In this document: positions 28,965-39,108 of the stretch, piece after piece | Layout: each line of letters opens with the position of its first letter | Numbering within the stretch: the stretch's first letter is position 1 | DNA from: Candidatus Eiseniibacteriota bacterium | GTDB lineage: Bacteria > Eisenbacteria > RBG-16-71-46 > CAZAMP01 | DNA: 64,000 nucleotides | Reading direction: 5' to 3' | Assembly: GCA_965224245.1 (NCBI GenBank) | Contig: OZ245046.1 | Span: 4,224,001 to 4,288,000, forward strand | Made by a program: the position numbers and the translations under genes | Notes under the pieces: generated by a model | The model's database searches: none | What the model was told of the DNA's origin: nothing | Seen by the model: the letters and a program-made list of their open reading frames with translations, nothing else

Positions 28965-30601
28965 TGCGATCAACGACGACGAATGCCGATGGACGCGTGC
29001 TCCACCTCGTTCACAGCGGCGCCGACCTGAGCGAGGCGATCGCGCCGGAGACCGGGCTCACGGCGGCGGCTCCCGGCGCCCAGTGGCTGCTCGGTCCCGT
29101 GCTGCCCGACGCCGCGTTCGATCCACCGGATTGGGTCGAGTGGATCCGGGTTCCGGAGCTGGCCACCGAGGGCGCCGACTGGACGACGACCGTGTCGCGC
29201 CTGGTCGAGGCGCTTCGCCCCGCGCGCATCGTCGTCCACCGAGACGTGCACCGGGCGTCGCCGACGCTCGCCGCGACGCTTCATCAGATCTACGGAGACC
29301 GAATGACGATCATGCCGATGGAGGACCTCGCGCGGCCGCTTCGCGTGGGATACGTGCTGAAGAAGTTCCCGCGTTACTCCGAGACCTTCATCCTGCGCGA
29401 GGTCCTTGCCCTGGAGCGGCTCGGGGTGGACGTTCACGTCCTGTCGCTGCACCTGCCCCGGGACGGCCGCTTTCACGGATCGCTCTCCGAGCTCCGCCGG
29501 TCGGTTCACTATCTGGAGGACCGCAGCGCACCGAAGGCGCTCGGCGCCGTCCTGCCGCTTCTCCCCGAAGATCCCGGCGGACGCCGGCGCGTGACCGACC
29601 TGTTCTGGGAGACGCTCGATCGCGGGGATCCTCGCCTCCTCGGGTACCTCGCACGCGGCATCGAGATCGCCGCGCTCGTCCGGGAACGGGGGATCACGCA
29701 CCTGCACGCGCACTTCGCCACGTCGGCCTGCGAGGTCGCTCGCGTCGCGGCCGCGATCGCCGGTGTCACGTACAGCTTCACCGCACACGCGAAGGACATC
29801 TACGCCGACGACGTGGATCGCCGGGGCCTCGATCTGAAGCTCCGCGACGCCGCGTTCGCCGTGACCGTGTGCGATGCCAACGTCGACTATCTCCGGGCGA
29901 TGCACGCGTCCGCCAACGGCACCGTGCGCCGGCTCTTCAACGGAATACGCCTCGATCGGGAGACCGACGCGCGTCCCGCCGGCGAGCACCGCGACGGATC
30001 GGCGCCCGCCGTCGACGTGCTCGCGGTGGGACGCTTCGTGGAGAAGAAGGGCTTCTCTATGCTGCTCGACTCGCTGGCCGAGGTGCGCCGTCGCGGCGTT
30101 CCGTTCTCGTGCCGGATCCTCGGCGACGGCGAGCTGTTCGAGGACGTGCGGGCCCACCGGGATCGCCTCGGGCTCGGAGACGTCGTGGACCTGCCGGGCT
30201 CCGCGTCGTCCGAGCAGATCCGGGCCCAGATGGCGACGGCCGGCTTTCTCGTGTGTCCGTCGATCGTGGCCGGGAACGGCGATCAGGACGCGCTGCCCAC
30301 GGTGCTCCTGGAGGCGATGGCCGCTGGGCTCGCGACGATCGGCACGCGCGTCGGCGGCATCGGCGAGATCCTGAACGGCGGGCGAGCAGGCCGGCTGATC
30401 GATCCCGACCCCGCGGCGCTGACCGACGCCATCTGCGAGCTCCTGACCCGACCGGAGCGGCGCGCGCACTTCGCCTCGGAGGGACGCGCACACGCCGCGG
30501 AGAACTTCGACGTCGATCGAAACGTGGCACGCCTCGCGGAGTGGTTCCGCGGGGCCGGAACGACGGTCCCGTCGGCCGTCCAGGAGGCTCGGTCCTCATG
30601 A
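28964..30601 (+). CDS. GT4 glycosyltransferase (WcaL-like) with a ~125-aa N-terminal extension
   Basis: 'YVLKKFPRYSETFILRE', 'HLHAHFA', 'FTAHAKDI', 'VGRFVEKKG', 'DALPTVLLEAMA'; ATG overlaps the upstream TGA. Confidence 0.88.
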   Translation: MRSTTTNADGRVLHLVHSGADLSEAIAPETGLTAAAPGAQWLLGPVLPDAAFDPPDWVEWIRVPELATEGADWTTTVSRLVEALRPARIVVHRDVHRASPTLAATLHQIYGDRMTIMPMEDLARPLRVGYVLKKFPRYSETFILREVLALERLGVDVHVLSLHLPRDGRFHGSLSELRRSVHYLEDRSAPKALGAVLPLLPEDPGGRRRVTDLFWETLDRGDPRLLGYLARGIEIAALVRERGITHLHAHFATSACEVARVAAAIAGVTYSFTAHAKDIYADDVDRRGLDLKLRDAAFAVTVCDANVDYLRAMHASANGTVRRLFNGIRLDRETDARPAGEHRDGSAPAVDVLAVGRFVEKKGFSMLLDSLAEVRRRGVPFSCRILGDGELFEDVRAHRDRLGLGDVVDLPGSASSEQIRAQMATAGFLVCPSIVAGNGDQDALPTVLLEAMAAGLATIGTRVGGIGEILNGGRAGRLIDPDPAALTDAICELLTRPERRAHFASEGRAHAAENFDVDRNVARLAEWFRGAGTTVPSAVQEARSS

Positions 30602-31830
30602 CGAAGCCCCACGTCGCCTACGTCGTCGCGGATCCCGGCATCGACTGGCGCAGCGCGAAGGGCGCCGCGGTCCACGTCCGCGAGATGGTCCGCGCCATGT
30701 GCGACATCGGATGTCGCGTCTCGGTCGTCACCACGCGAGGCGTCGCGTCCATCGGCGAGGACGAGCCCGAGTTCGCCCGTCTCGAAGCGTGTCGCGCCGT
30801 CGACCGCCACTTCGGGGCGGCTCCCCGTGAGGAACGCCCCGGCGCGTTGCGTGAGATCCGCACGCTGGCCAAGATGCCGGTCGTCGCCGACGCCGTTCTG
30901 GCGCTCGACGCCGCGGATCGCATCGACGTGGTCTACGAACGCTACTCGCTGTGGAGCGACGTCGGGGCCCGGGTCTCCGGCGAGCTCGGCGTGCCGCTGG
31001 TGGTGGAGATGAACGCGCCCCTCATCGACGAGCAGACGTCCTATCGATCGCTGGCCCTGACCGACGTCGCCGAGCACGTGCTCGGTCGCACGATGTCGAG
31101 CGCCGAGCGGATCGTCGTGGTCAGCCGGGCGCTCGAGCACTACCTCGCGGCGCGGGGCATCGATCGCGAGCGCGTTCGGATCCTGCCGAACACCGCGGAG
31201 CGAGAGCGATTCTTCCGATCCCCTCACCGCGCGCCGGCACCGGGCGAGCCGTTCACGGTCGGCTTCCTGGGAAGCCTCAAGCCCTGGCACGGCGTCGAGC
31301 AGTTCCTGGACGTGTTCGCCACCGTGCATGCGGCACACCCGAACTGCCGGCTGGAGATCGTGGGGGACAGCCGCCATCGCGCGTCGCTCGAAGAGTGGGT
31401 GCGCGCGAACGAGCTCGGGGGCGCGGTCCGCTTCCTCGGACACGTCGAGCACGAACGCGTTCCCGAGATCCTGGAACGGTGGGATCTGGCGGTCGCGCCC
31501 TACCCCGATCTCCCCGGATTCTACTTCTCGCCCCTGAAGCTGGCCGAGGCGCTGGCCGCCGGACGTCCGGTGATGGCCGCCGGCATCGGCGACATTCCCG
31601 AGATGCTCGGGAACGGGGACCACGGCGTGCTCGTTCCCCCGAGCGACTGGCAGCGCTGGACGCAAGCGCTCACGGCTCTCGTGACCGATCCGAGCAAGCT
31701 GTCTCCGCTCGCCGACGCGGCAGAACGACATTCGCGCGACTGGAGCTGGCGAACTCACGCGGCCGCGAGCCTCGAGGGCCTCGTCATGAACGGCGCGCCG
31801 CCACGCGAGCTGTCTCGTGCCGCGGATTGA
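30598..31830 (+). CDS. GT4 glycosyltransferase
   Basis: 'KGAAVHVRE', 'VYERYSLW', 'EMNAPL', 'GFLGSLKPWHG', 'FYFSPLKLAE'; ATGA overlap. Confidence 0.9.
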   Translation: MTKPHVAYVVADPGIDWRSAKGAAVHVREMVRAMCDIGCRVSVVTTRGVASIGEDEPEFARLEACRAVDRHFGAAPREERPGALREIRTLAKMPVVADAVLALDAADRIDVVYERYSLWSDVGARVSGELGVPLVVEMNAPLIDEQTSYRSLALTDVAEHVLGRTMSSAERIVVVSRALEHYLAARGIDRERVRILPNTAERERFFRSPHRAPAPGEPFTVGFLGSLKPWHGVEQFLDVFATVHAAHPNCRLEIVGDSRHRASLEEWVRANELGGAVRFLGHVEHERVPEILERWDLAVAPYPDLPGFYFSPLKLAEALAAGRPVMAAGIGDIPEMLGNGDHGVLVPPSDWQRWTQALTALVTDPSKLSPLADAAERHSRDWSWRTHAAASLEGLVMNGAPPRELSRAAD

Positions 31831-33613
31831 CGTCCGGACCGCCGCGCTGTGGCGGCGGGAGCAGCTCTCGCGGGCGTGGCACGTCATCCGCACGTTCGCG
31901 CCGTACGCGAAGCGGCACCGCGCCCTGGCCCTGGGGGCGTTCGCCAGCATCGTCGCCGGCGCCGGAATCCGCGTACTTCAGCCCCTGCCGCTGAAGTACC
32001 TGTTCGACGACGTACTGATCCCGTCGGCCGACACGATCGCCCGGTCCGAGCCGGTCGCGTTTCCAGCGCGGACGATCGCACTCATCTGCGTGGCGATTCT
32101 CGCGGCCGGCGTGGCGGCGGGGTTTGCGTTCTACGGCGAGCGCGTGCTCGCCGCCCGCGCGGGCCAGGCCATCGTGTCGTCGATCCGACGGAGCCTGTTC
32201 GGTCACGTGCTCCGGCTACCGCTGAGCGACTTTCGCACGCTCAAGCGCGGGGAGATCCTGAACCTCCTGGGACGCGACGTGGAGCACCTCCGCGAGCTCC
32301 TGGTCAACGTCATCCTCGACGTCGCCGGGTCGGTCGTGCACGTGGTGACGATGCTGACGATCATGTTCCTGCTGAACCCGCGGCTGAGCCTGGTCGCCCT
32401 GGCCATACTGCCCCTGGTCGGGCTGGCGTCGGTCGAGGTCTCGTTCACGATGCGCGACGTGGCGCGCAAGCAGCGGCGGCGCGAGAGCCTCCTTCTCAGC
32501 TCGGCCCAGAACGTGCTCGACGCGATGCCGATCGTGAAGATCTTCGGGCGTGAGCGCTCGGAGCGGCGGCGCTTCGCGCGCGACAACCGGGCCACGCGTC
32601 GAGCGGGGGTCAAGCTGAAGCGGCTCGAGGCCGCCCTCGTGCGCCGCGTCGAGGTGCTGCTGGCGCTCGCCACGTGCGTGTTCATCTTCGTCGGCGTCCG
32701 TGAGGTGTGGCTGGGCGAGCTGAGCGCCGGCGGCCTGTTGCTCTTCGCGTCGTATCTGAAGTCCTTCCAGAAGCCCATCCGCCGGCTCACCCGCAGTGCG
32801 GCCAAGCTCTCGCGCGCGACCACGTGCGGCGAGCGCGTCGCCGAAGCCTTCGCACGTCCGATCGAGCTCGATACCGAGGGTCCCGAGGTCGAGGAGTGCG
32901 CGCGCTCGCTGTCGGGCGAGGTGACGTTCGAGGACGTTTCGCTTCGCTACCCCGACGGTACCGTCGCGCTCCGGGACGTGTCCTTTCACGTCCCGGCCGG
33001 GTCGGTGGTCGCGCTGATCGGTCCGAGCGGCGCGGGAAAGTCCACGCTCGTGTCCCTGATCACGCGCCTGATCGATCCCACCTCCGGCATCGTTCGATAC
33101 GACGGACAGGACGGCACGAGGATCCCGCGCGGCGTCGTGCGCCGCCACGTGACCGCCGTGTTCCAGGAGAGCTACCTCTTCGACGGCACCATCGCCGAGA
33201 ACCTGCGCTACGGCCGCGAGGACGCCGACGACGCGGATCTCCGCGAGCACGCCGTTCGGGCCAATGCGTGGTCGTTCGTGGAGGCACGAGGCGACGTGCT
33301 CGAGGCGCCCGTCGGGGACTTCGGCCGGCAGTTCTCCGGGGGTGAGCGCCAGCGCCTCACGGTTGCACGGGCACTCCTGCGCAACGCGCCGATCGTGCTC
33401 CTCGACGAGCCGACCCGGGGACTCGACGACGTCTCCGCGGCCGCGGTCCGTCGGGCGCTCGTGGACTACGGTCGGGGACGCACGGTATTCTGGGCCACCC
33501 ACGACCCCGAGGAGGTCTCTCACGCCGACCTCACGCTCGTCGTGACCGAGGGTCGAGCCCGTCTGCACCGGGGTGCCCCTCAGGCGGCGCTCGGGGAGGT
33601 ACCGGCATCGTGA
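31817..33613 (+). CDS. ABC exporter with fused TMD and NBD (MsbA/Sav1866-like)
   Basis: About 6 TM segments, then GPSGAGKST, FSGGERQR, LLDEPT. Confidence 0.92.
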   Translation: MPRIDVRTAALWRREQLSRAWHVIRTFAPYAKRHRALALGAFASIVAGAGIRVLQPLPLKYLFDDVLIPSADTIARSEPVAFPARTIALICVAILAAGVAAGFAFYGERVLAARAGQAIVSSIRRSLFGHVLRLPLSDFRTLKRGEILNLLGRDVEHLRELLVNVILDVAGSVVHVVTMLTIMFLLNPRLSLVALAILPLVGLASVEVSFTMRDVARKQRRRESLLLSSAQNVLDAMPIVKIFGRERSERRRFARDNRATRRAGVKLKRLEAALVRRVEVLLALATCVFIFVGVREVWLGELSAGGLLLFASYLKSFQKPIRRLTRSAAKLSRATTCGERVAEAFARPIELDTEGPEVEECARSLSGEVTFEDVSLRYPDGTVALRDVSFHVPAGSVVALIGPSGAGKSTLVSLITRLIDPTSGIVRYDGQDGTRIPRGVVRRHVTAVFQESYLFDGTIAENLRYGREDADDADLREHAVRANAWSFVEARGDVLEAPVGDFGRQFSGGERQRLTVARALLRNAPIVLLDEPTRGLDDVSAAAVRRALVDYGRGRTVFWATHDPEEVSHADLTLVVTEGRARLHRGAPQAALGEVPAS

Positions 33614-34917
33614 CGACGTCCGTGCCCCGGTTCATTCCGTCTCGCTGGCTCGGCGAGACTCCGGATGCACCGCGCGATCCGGATCTGCCCGAGGCCGACC
33701 TCCTGACCGATCGCGCCACGCTGGCGAGCTGGCTCTCCGCGTCGTGGAACGTCCCGGGCGCCGTCGATCCGTCGGAGATCGTGTACGAATCGGTTCGCTA
33801 CAAGCCCGGCGTGCGGCTGACCGCGGTGACCCGGCTGGGCGCCCTGCGAGTCACCTGGCGGGCGTTCCCCACAGGCGACGCCGAGGTTGCGTGGCAGAAG
33901 CTGATCGACGGCGGCGTTCGCGGACAGGATCGCCTGCGCGCGGGATCCATCATCGGGCTCCGCTTCCCCCAGGACCACGTGCTGAGCGGGCTGACGCGTC
34001 TCGTCCCCGGCCGGCTCGGCGCGACGTACGTCCGCCGCCTGATCCCCGGCCTGACCGACGAGCGCACGCGCCTCCGCTCCTACAGCTTCGACCCCACGCT
34101 GATCCGCTACAAGCCGGAGCGACACGCCGTGTTCCATCTGACGTTCACGGTGCGCGACGCCGGTGACGGACACAAGGAGCGCCGCCGGGCGATCGCGCGC
34201 GTGCTCCCGCCCGGCTCGCCCCCGCCGCCGGCGCCGGAGACGTCGTTCACCCCGCGGCCCCTGGCCTGGGACGCCGACAACGGCGTGTCGATCGAGTCGT
34301 TCGTGCCGGGCCGCACGCTGGCCGCCGTGCTCGCGGGGGGCGGTGACGACGAGCTCGCGCCGGATGCCGGCACGGTGATCGCGCGCGATGACGCCCTCAC
34401 CATGGTCGGGTCGGCGTTGGCCGCCCTTCACGCGCTCGGCGCGGTCGGGCGACGGATCCTCGAACCGCCGAGGGCACACGTCCCGCTCTGGGAACCGGCA
34501 ATCCGAGACGACGTCTCGCGCGTGATCGCCGCGCTCGCGGCAGCCGCCTCGCCGGTGGCGTCGCCGACCACCGTCCACGGAGACCTGCATCCCGGTCAGG
34601 TCCTGTTCGACGGCGAGAGGTGGTGGCTCGTCGATCTGGACAAACGAGGCCGGGCGGCGCCCGAGCGCGATCTCGGAGACCTGATCGCCGCGCTCCTCGA
34701 GGCCGACGCCGGCGCGAGCCTCCAGGAGCTCCGCGCGCCGCTCGTCGCGGGCTACCGGCGGGCGGGGGGTGGCACGCTCTCGGAGTCGGCGCTACGCACG
34801 TGGACCGCGGCCGCCGTCGTGCGCCGGGCCGAGGCGCCGCTACGCAACCTCCATCCGGACCGCCACGCGATCGCCCGGCGCCTGCTCGCGCTGGCGGAGG
34901 ACATCGCCGGTACCTGA
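33610..34917 (+). CDS. APH/choline-kinase-like phosphotransferase
   Basis: Two 'RYKP' motifs, 'VHGDLHPGQV', 'LVDLD', 'ERDLGD'. Confidence 0.8.
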   Translation: MTTSVPRFIPSRWLGETPDAPRDPDLPEADLLTDRATLASWLSASWNVPGAVDPSEIVYESVRYKPGVRLTAVTRLGALRVTWRAFPTGDAEVAWQKLIDGGVRGQDRLRAGSIIGLRFPQDHVLSGLTRLVPGRLGATYVRRLIPGLTDERTRLRSYSFDPTLIRYKPERHAVFHLTFTVRDAGDGHKERRRAIARVLPPGSPPPPAPETSFTPRPLAWDADNGVSIESFVPGRTLAAVLAGGGDDELAPDAGTVIARDDALTMVGSALAALHALGAVGRRILEPPRAHVPLWEPAIRDDVSRVIAALAAAASPVASPTTVHGDLHPGQVLFDGERWWLVDLDKRGRAAPERDLGDLIAALLEADAGASLQELRAPLVAGYRRAGGGTLSESALRTWTAAAVVRRAEAPLRNLHPDRHAIARRLLALAEDIAGT

Positions 34918-34921
34918 CCGA

Positions 34922-37726
34922 TCAGGTCCCGTGGACCGCGAACGCTCCCCAGTAGAACGGATGATCCCAGCGATCGCGCACCTCGCGACGCGCCGAACGC
35001 AGTGCCTCCAGGGGATCCCGCCGGTCCGCCGCCGCGTAGCCACGGTGGAACGCGCTCATCAGGGCGAGCGTCGACTCGTCGTGAACGCGCCAGTTGCTCG
35101 CCACGAGCTGCCGGACGCCGGACGCCAGGAACGCGTGCGCGACGCCGGAGAGATCGTCGCCTCGACCCGAGAACACCTGGCCGGTGTTGCACGCGCTCAG
35201 CACGACCAGATCCGCGCGCATCCGCAGATCGAGCACGTCGGCCATGAAGAGCGCGCCGTCGGTGGTGCTGAGTCGCGAGAACAGCGGGTTGTCCTCGCGG
35301 AACACGCCGTGGGTCGCCAGGTGCACGAGATCGTACCCCGGTAGCTCGCGCACCAGCTCGCTCGACGAGGGATCCAGCCTCACGTCCACCGTCGTGTCCG
35401 CCACGCCCGCGAGGCTGTCGGAGACGGCGGCCACCTCGGACGCCACGTGAACGGGCGTGTTGCGCACGGTTCCGGCGACCAGCACGCGTGCGAGCGGGCG
35501 GCGACGTCTCGCGATCGCCAGCACGTCGGCCGTGGGCAGCCGCGAGAGATGCCAGCGCGACTCGACGTAGACGTAACCGTCGTGGAGACACTCGAAGGGC
35601 ACGTGGTGCAGGCTCCGATGCGGAACCAGATGGAGGTGCGCGACGTCCGCCAGCTCGTCCTCGAACGGACGCACGAGGCCGTCGTAGAGCGGACCGAGCG
35701 TGGACAGCGACGAACGCGTCATGAAGTCGAGGTCGACGACGCCGTCCCCGACCATGGCCATCGTGTCCAGCTGGAAGCGGTTCTCGCCGAGGAGCCGGTG
35801 GACGTCGCCGGGCGCGATCTCGAGCACGCGCCAGGCGCATCGATCCCGGCGGGCGCAGATGGCCACGATGCGTTCGTCGGTCTCGAAGTAGAGGATCGCC
35901 GCGTCCGTCGGACCGAGGGTCTCCATCACGAGGTCGAGCGAGTGTGCGTCCGCGCCACCGGTGCCGCTCGAGCGCCGGGCGTCGCGTCGACGCATCAGCT
36001 CGGCGATCCGGCGCTCGGTGCGGCGGATGTCCCTCTGGACCGGCTCGCGGACGTCGCTGGCGGCACCTTCGTGTTCGAGATCCTGCAGACGCTGCGTGAG
36101 CGCTCCCAGCACCGCCCGCTCCTCGGCCAGAGCCGCGTCGTCGGCGTCGCCGCCGATCGGGTCGGAGCGATGGAGACGCTCGCGATGGGCGCGCCCCCGC
36201 GCGCGCTCGAAGAGCGCGTAGAGCCGGGTCGCCGAGGTACGTCGGCCCGCGGACAGGACGTCGATCAGGTCGTGGTACGCGCGGACGTGATCCTCGAACG
36301 CACGGGACCGGTACTCGATTCCGGGGATGAGCTGGAGCTGCCGCTCGACCTCCCGGACGGCGCGGCGCAGGCGGCGGCCGGCCTCGGCGTGCTCGCCGCG
36401 GGCGCGGGCGATGCGGCCTGCCAGCGACCAGATGCGTCCCCGATCTCCCGGCGATGCGGACGCGGCCCGGGCCAGCGCCTCGTCCACCGCGCGCTCGGCC
36501 CGGGTGAGCCGACCGGCCATCACGTGTCCGATGGCGATCAGGCGGTGCCCCTCGGCGCCGATCGAGTCCACGTCGCGACGGTGCATCGACCGGAGCGCGC
36601 GGCGCGCATGCCGGATCGCGGTCGACGGGTCCCCGAGCATCAGCCGCGCCCGCGCCGCGAGGAGCGCCGCGCTCGCGGCGCGCGGCGCCATGCGTTGCCC
36701 CCGGAAGTACGCCCACGGCTCGGCGAGCCGCTCCAGTGCCAGCGTGGGCTCGCCCGCGATCAGGTGGGCCCGGGCGATCAGGACGCGCGAGAGCGCCGCG
36801 TCCAGGTCCAGCCCGTCACGCGCGAACTGCTCGGCGGCGAGGCGTGCGTGCTCGATCGCCTCGGCCGCCATCGACAGCTCGAGGTACACGTGCGCGCGCT
36901 CCCGCTCGGTGGCGGCCACGAGATCCGAGGCACCCTGGGAGCCGAAGTGAGCGCGGGAGGACTCCAGCAGCTCGAGTGCACTCCTGAAGTCACCGCCCAG
37001 GCGCTGGAGGTGGGCGCGGTCGAGCTCGGACAGACCGACGAACCGCTCGAGCCCGAGGCGGCGCGCCAGGCGCTCCGCCTCCAGGAACAGCGCGCGGGCG
37101 TCACGCAGCCGCAGGAGCTTCGTGCAGGCGACCGCCTGGTTGATCAGGAGGCTGACGCGTGTCTCGTCGTGCCCGTCGAGACGCCCCAGCGCGTCGGCGG
37201 CGACACGGTACCAGTCGAACGCCTCGTCGTAGCGCTCGGCGTGATAGGCGTTGCTGCCCTGGACGCCGGCGAGCTTGCCCAGGTAGACGTCGTCACGGGC
37301 GCGGGTCAGAAGTCGTCTCGCCTGCTCGGCGCGGCGACGGGCCTCGTCGAGGCGGCCCACGAGCCCCAGCACACCCGTCCACCCAACCAGCGTCTGACCC
37401 AGGAGACGCTCCTCGTGCGCGGCGTTCGCGATGTCGACCGAGCGCGCGTAGGCGTCGCTTGCGCGCTTGAACCGCCCCATGAACGCCAGCGCCTCGCCGG
37501 CGCTCCGCCAGGCCATCGCGAGGGCGAAGGGGTCGACGTCGTCCTGAACGCGCTCCACGCACCGGCGGAACGCACCGGCCAGCGTGTGCGCCTCCCGCGG
37601 ATCGCTGGCCAGCAGCCCGGCGATGCGATCGCGCGTCGCCTGCGCCTCCTGGCGATCGAGCGGCTCAGCACGCGCGTCCAGCCACCGGTGGAGCTCGGCG
37701 GCGGTCATGTCGGGTATGGAGGTCAC
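34922..37726 (-). CDS. TPR-CHAT caspase-like cysteine protease
   Basis: Long Ala/Arg/Leu-rich TPR-like region; CHAT motifs 'LVPHRSLHHVPF', 'VHLATHG' (His), 'VVLSACNTG' (Cys), 'ASNWRVHD', 'HPFYWGAF'. Confidence 0.93.
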   Translation of the reverse strand: MTSIPDMTAAELHRWLDARAEPLDRQEAQATRDRIAGLLASDPREAHTLAGAFRRCVERVQDDVDPFALAMAWRSAGEALAFMGRFKRASDAYARSVDIANAAHEERLLGQTLVGWTGVLGLVGRLDEARRRAEQARRLLTRARDDVYLGKLAGVQGSNAYHAERYDEAFDWYRVAADALGRLDGHDETRVSLLINQAVACTKLLRLRDARALFLEAERLARRLGLERFVGLSELDRAHLQRLGGDFRSALELLESSRAHFGSQGASDLVAATERERAHVYLELSMAAEAIEHARLAAEQFARDGLDLDAALSRVLIARAHLIAGEPTLALERLAEPWAYFRGQRMAPRAASAALLAARARLMLGDPSTAIRHARRALRSMHRRDVDSIGAEGHRLIAIGHVMAGRLTRAERAVDEALARAASASPGDRGRIWSLAGRIARARGEHAEAGRRLRRAVREVERQLQLIPGIEYRSRAFEDHVRAYHDLIDVLSAGRRTSATRLYALFERARGRAHRERLHRSDPIGGDADDAALAEERAVLGALTQRLQDLEHEGAASDVREPVQRDIRRTERRIAELMRRRDARRSSGTGGADAHSLDLVMETLGPTDAAILYFETDERIVAICARRDRCAWRVLEIAPGDVHRLLGENRFQLDTMAMVGDGVVDLDFMTRSSLSTLGPLYDGLVRPFEDELADVAHLHLVPHRSLHHVPFECLHDGYVYVESRWHLSRLPTADVLAIARRRRPLARVLVAGTVRNTPVHVASEVAAVSDSLAGVADTTVDVRLDPSSSELVRELPGYDLVHLATHGVFREDNPLFSRLSTTDGALFMADVLDLRMRADLVVLSACNTGQVFSGRGDDLSGVAHAFLASGVRQLVASNWRVHDESTLALMSAFHRGYAAADRRDPLEALRSARREVRDRWDHPFYWGAFAVHGT

Positions 37727-37823
37727 GGCGTCTCTCGGGAAACGGTCGAGGCGACCGGCCTGACGACGGGATGGCCGGCGGCGACCCCCGGGGCCCGAGT
37801 GTGACCGATCCCGGACCCGGCGG

Positions 37824-38480
37824 CTAGGAGCCGCCTTCCGAGGGAACGTTCACGAGCACGGACTGGTCGCCGATCCGGAGCCGTAGCGACCGGACACCGG
37901 CCGGCAGGTCGGCCAGCCGGAAGCGGCCCAGCTCGCCGATCGGTGCCTCGAGGCTCTGTCCGTCGCCTTCCACGGACACCAGCCCGCCGGGCTCGATCGA
38001 CGCCCCGCTCCTCGGAACGAGCTGCCCGTCGATCGTGGTCGACCCGTCCGCGCTCCGGGTGAGATTGATGGAGATGACCAGATCCGGGGTCTCGTACACG
38101 AGCATCCTGGGGGTGGCGACGCCCGATCCGCGAAGGTTGAGCGCCGGCTGGAGCGAGTCGCGAACGAGAGCCGCCGCCACCTCACGCGCGGCCTCCGACA
38201 GTGACGACAGCGCCCGGATCGCCAGCTCGCGGAGCGTCGTGCGATCGGGGCGAGAGGTCTCTGCGCGCAGGAACGCGAGGGAGCGCTCGATCGTGTCGGC
38301 CGTGGGCGTGAACGCGCGAGCGTCGGACATGGCGGACGAGAGCATGGCGATGCGCACCAGCTCGTCGCAACAGGTCTCGCAGCCCGCGACGTGGCTCTCG
38401 ATCGCCGGGTCGGTCTCCAGATGATGCGCCCAGAGCGCCTCCCAATCGGGATGACCGGCGTGCTGCGTGTCAGAACTCAT
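37824..38480 (-). CDS. Soluble anti-sigma-like protein with an N-terminal ZAS/zf-HC2 motif and a C-terminal carboxypeptidase-regulatory-like beta domain
   Basis: 'HVAGCETC' (HX3CX2C); no TM segment; ATGA-coupled to the sigma gene; C-terminus 'GELGRFRLADLPAG'. Confidence 0.75.
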   Translation of the reverse strand: MSSDTQHAGHPDWEALWAHHLETDPAIESHVAGCETCCDELVRIAMLSSAMSDARAFTPTADTIERSLAFLRAETSRPDRTTLRELAIRALSSLSEAAREVAAALVRDSLQPALNLRGSGVATPRMLVYETPDLVISINLTRSADGSTTIDGQLVPRSGASIEPGGLVSVEGDGQSLEAPIGELGRFRLADLPAGVRSLRLRIGDQSVLVNVPSEGGS

Positions 38481-39076
38481 GGCCTCGAGTCTCCCTCAGG
38501 CTCGCGTGCGTCGTCGCGCTCGCTTGCAATGAACAACGTCGAGAGCTGTTTCAGGCACCGCCCCCGCGTGGGACCGATGCTCCCGACCGGCAGTCCCTCG
38601 CGCTCGGAAATCGCCTCGTAGCTGGGCCGAGGATCCTCCAGATAGAGCATCCTGAGGAGCCGCCGGCATCGTTCGCTGATCGCGTCCAGCGCATCGTCGA
38701 GTCGGCTCATGTCCTCGAAGCGCTCCAGGGCCTCGGCGAAGTCCGGGTCCGACACGCCGGCGAGCACCTCCAGGAACGGGTCGTCCCCGGCGAGGCGAAC
38801 CTCCCGGCGACCCGCCGCAATCCGCTGCAGCGCGACCCGCCGCGCGATCACGTAGACCCACGACGCGAGCCGATCGGCTCGACGAAGCCGGCCGATCGCC
38901 CCGTGCACGGCCACGAGCGTGTCCTGCAGGACCTCCTCGTGCTCGGATGCGTCGAGTCCGACCTTGTGGGCAGCGAAGTAGACGAGCCGGCCGTACGAGC
39001 GCACGAACTCCCGCCATGCCGCATCCTCCCCGCGAGCGAGGGCCTCGACCAATGCATCCGGCGCCGTGTCCGTCAC
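38477..39076 (-). CDS. ECF sigma-70 family RNA polymerase sigma factor
   Basis: Region 2 'GEDAAWREFVRSYGRLV..EEVLQDT..LASWVYVIARR'; region 4 'RCRRLLRMLY..PSYEAIS..GLPVGSIGPTRGRCL'; AGGAG SD before the GTG. Confidence 0.93.
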   Translation of the reverse strand: MTDTAPDALVEALARGEDAAWREFVRSYGRLVYFAAHKVGLDASEHEEVLQDTLVAVHGAIGRLRRADRLASWVYVIARRVALQRIAAGRREVRLAGDDPFLEVLAGVSDPDFAEALERFEDMSRLDDALDAISERCRRLLRMLYLEDPRPSYEAISEREGLPVGSIGPTRGRCLKQLSTLFIASERDDAREPEGDSRP

Positions 39077-39108
39077 GGGTAGAAGCTCCTAAGCTATTGA
39101 TGCTTCTT

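Noticed and set aside
28543-30597. Long N-terminal extension on the second GT4 (1095-aa ORF)
   Set aside because: It overlaps the first GT4 in another frame; the true start is ATG 30598, with an ATGA overlap.
34922-39076. Possible Craspase/type III-E CRISPR locus
   Set aside because: No cas genes or repeat-spacer array in the window; the analogy is mechanistic only.
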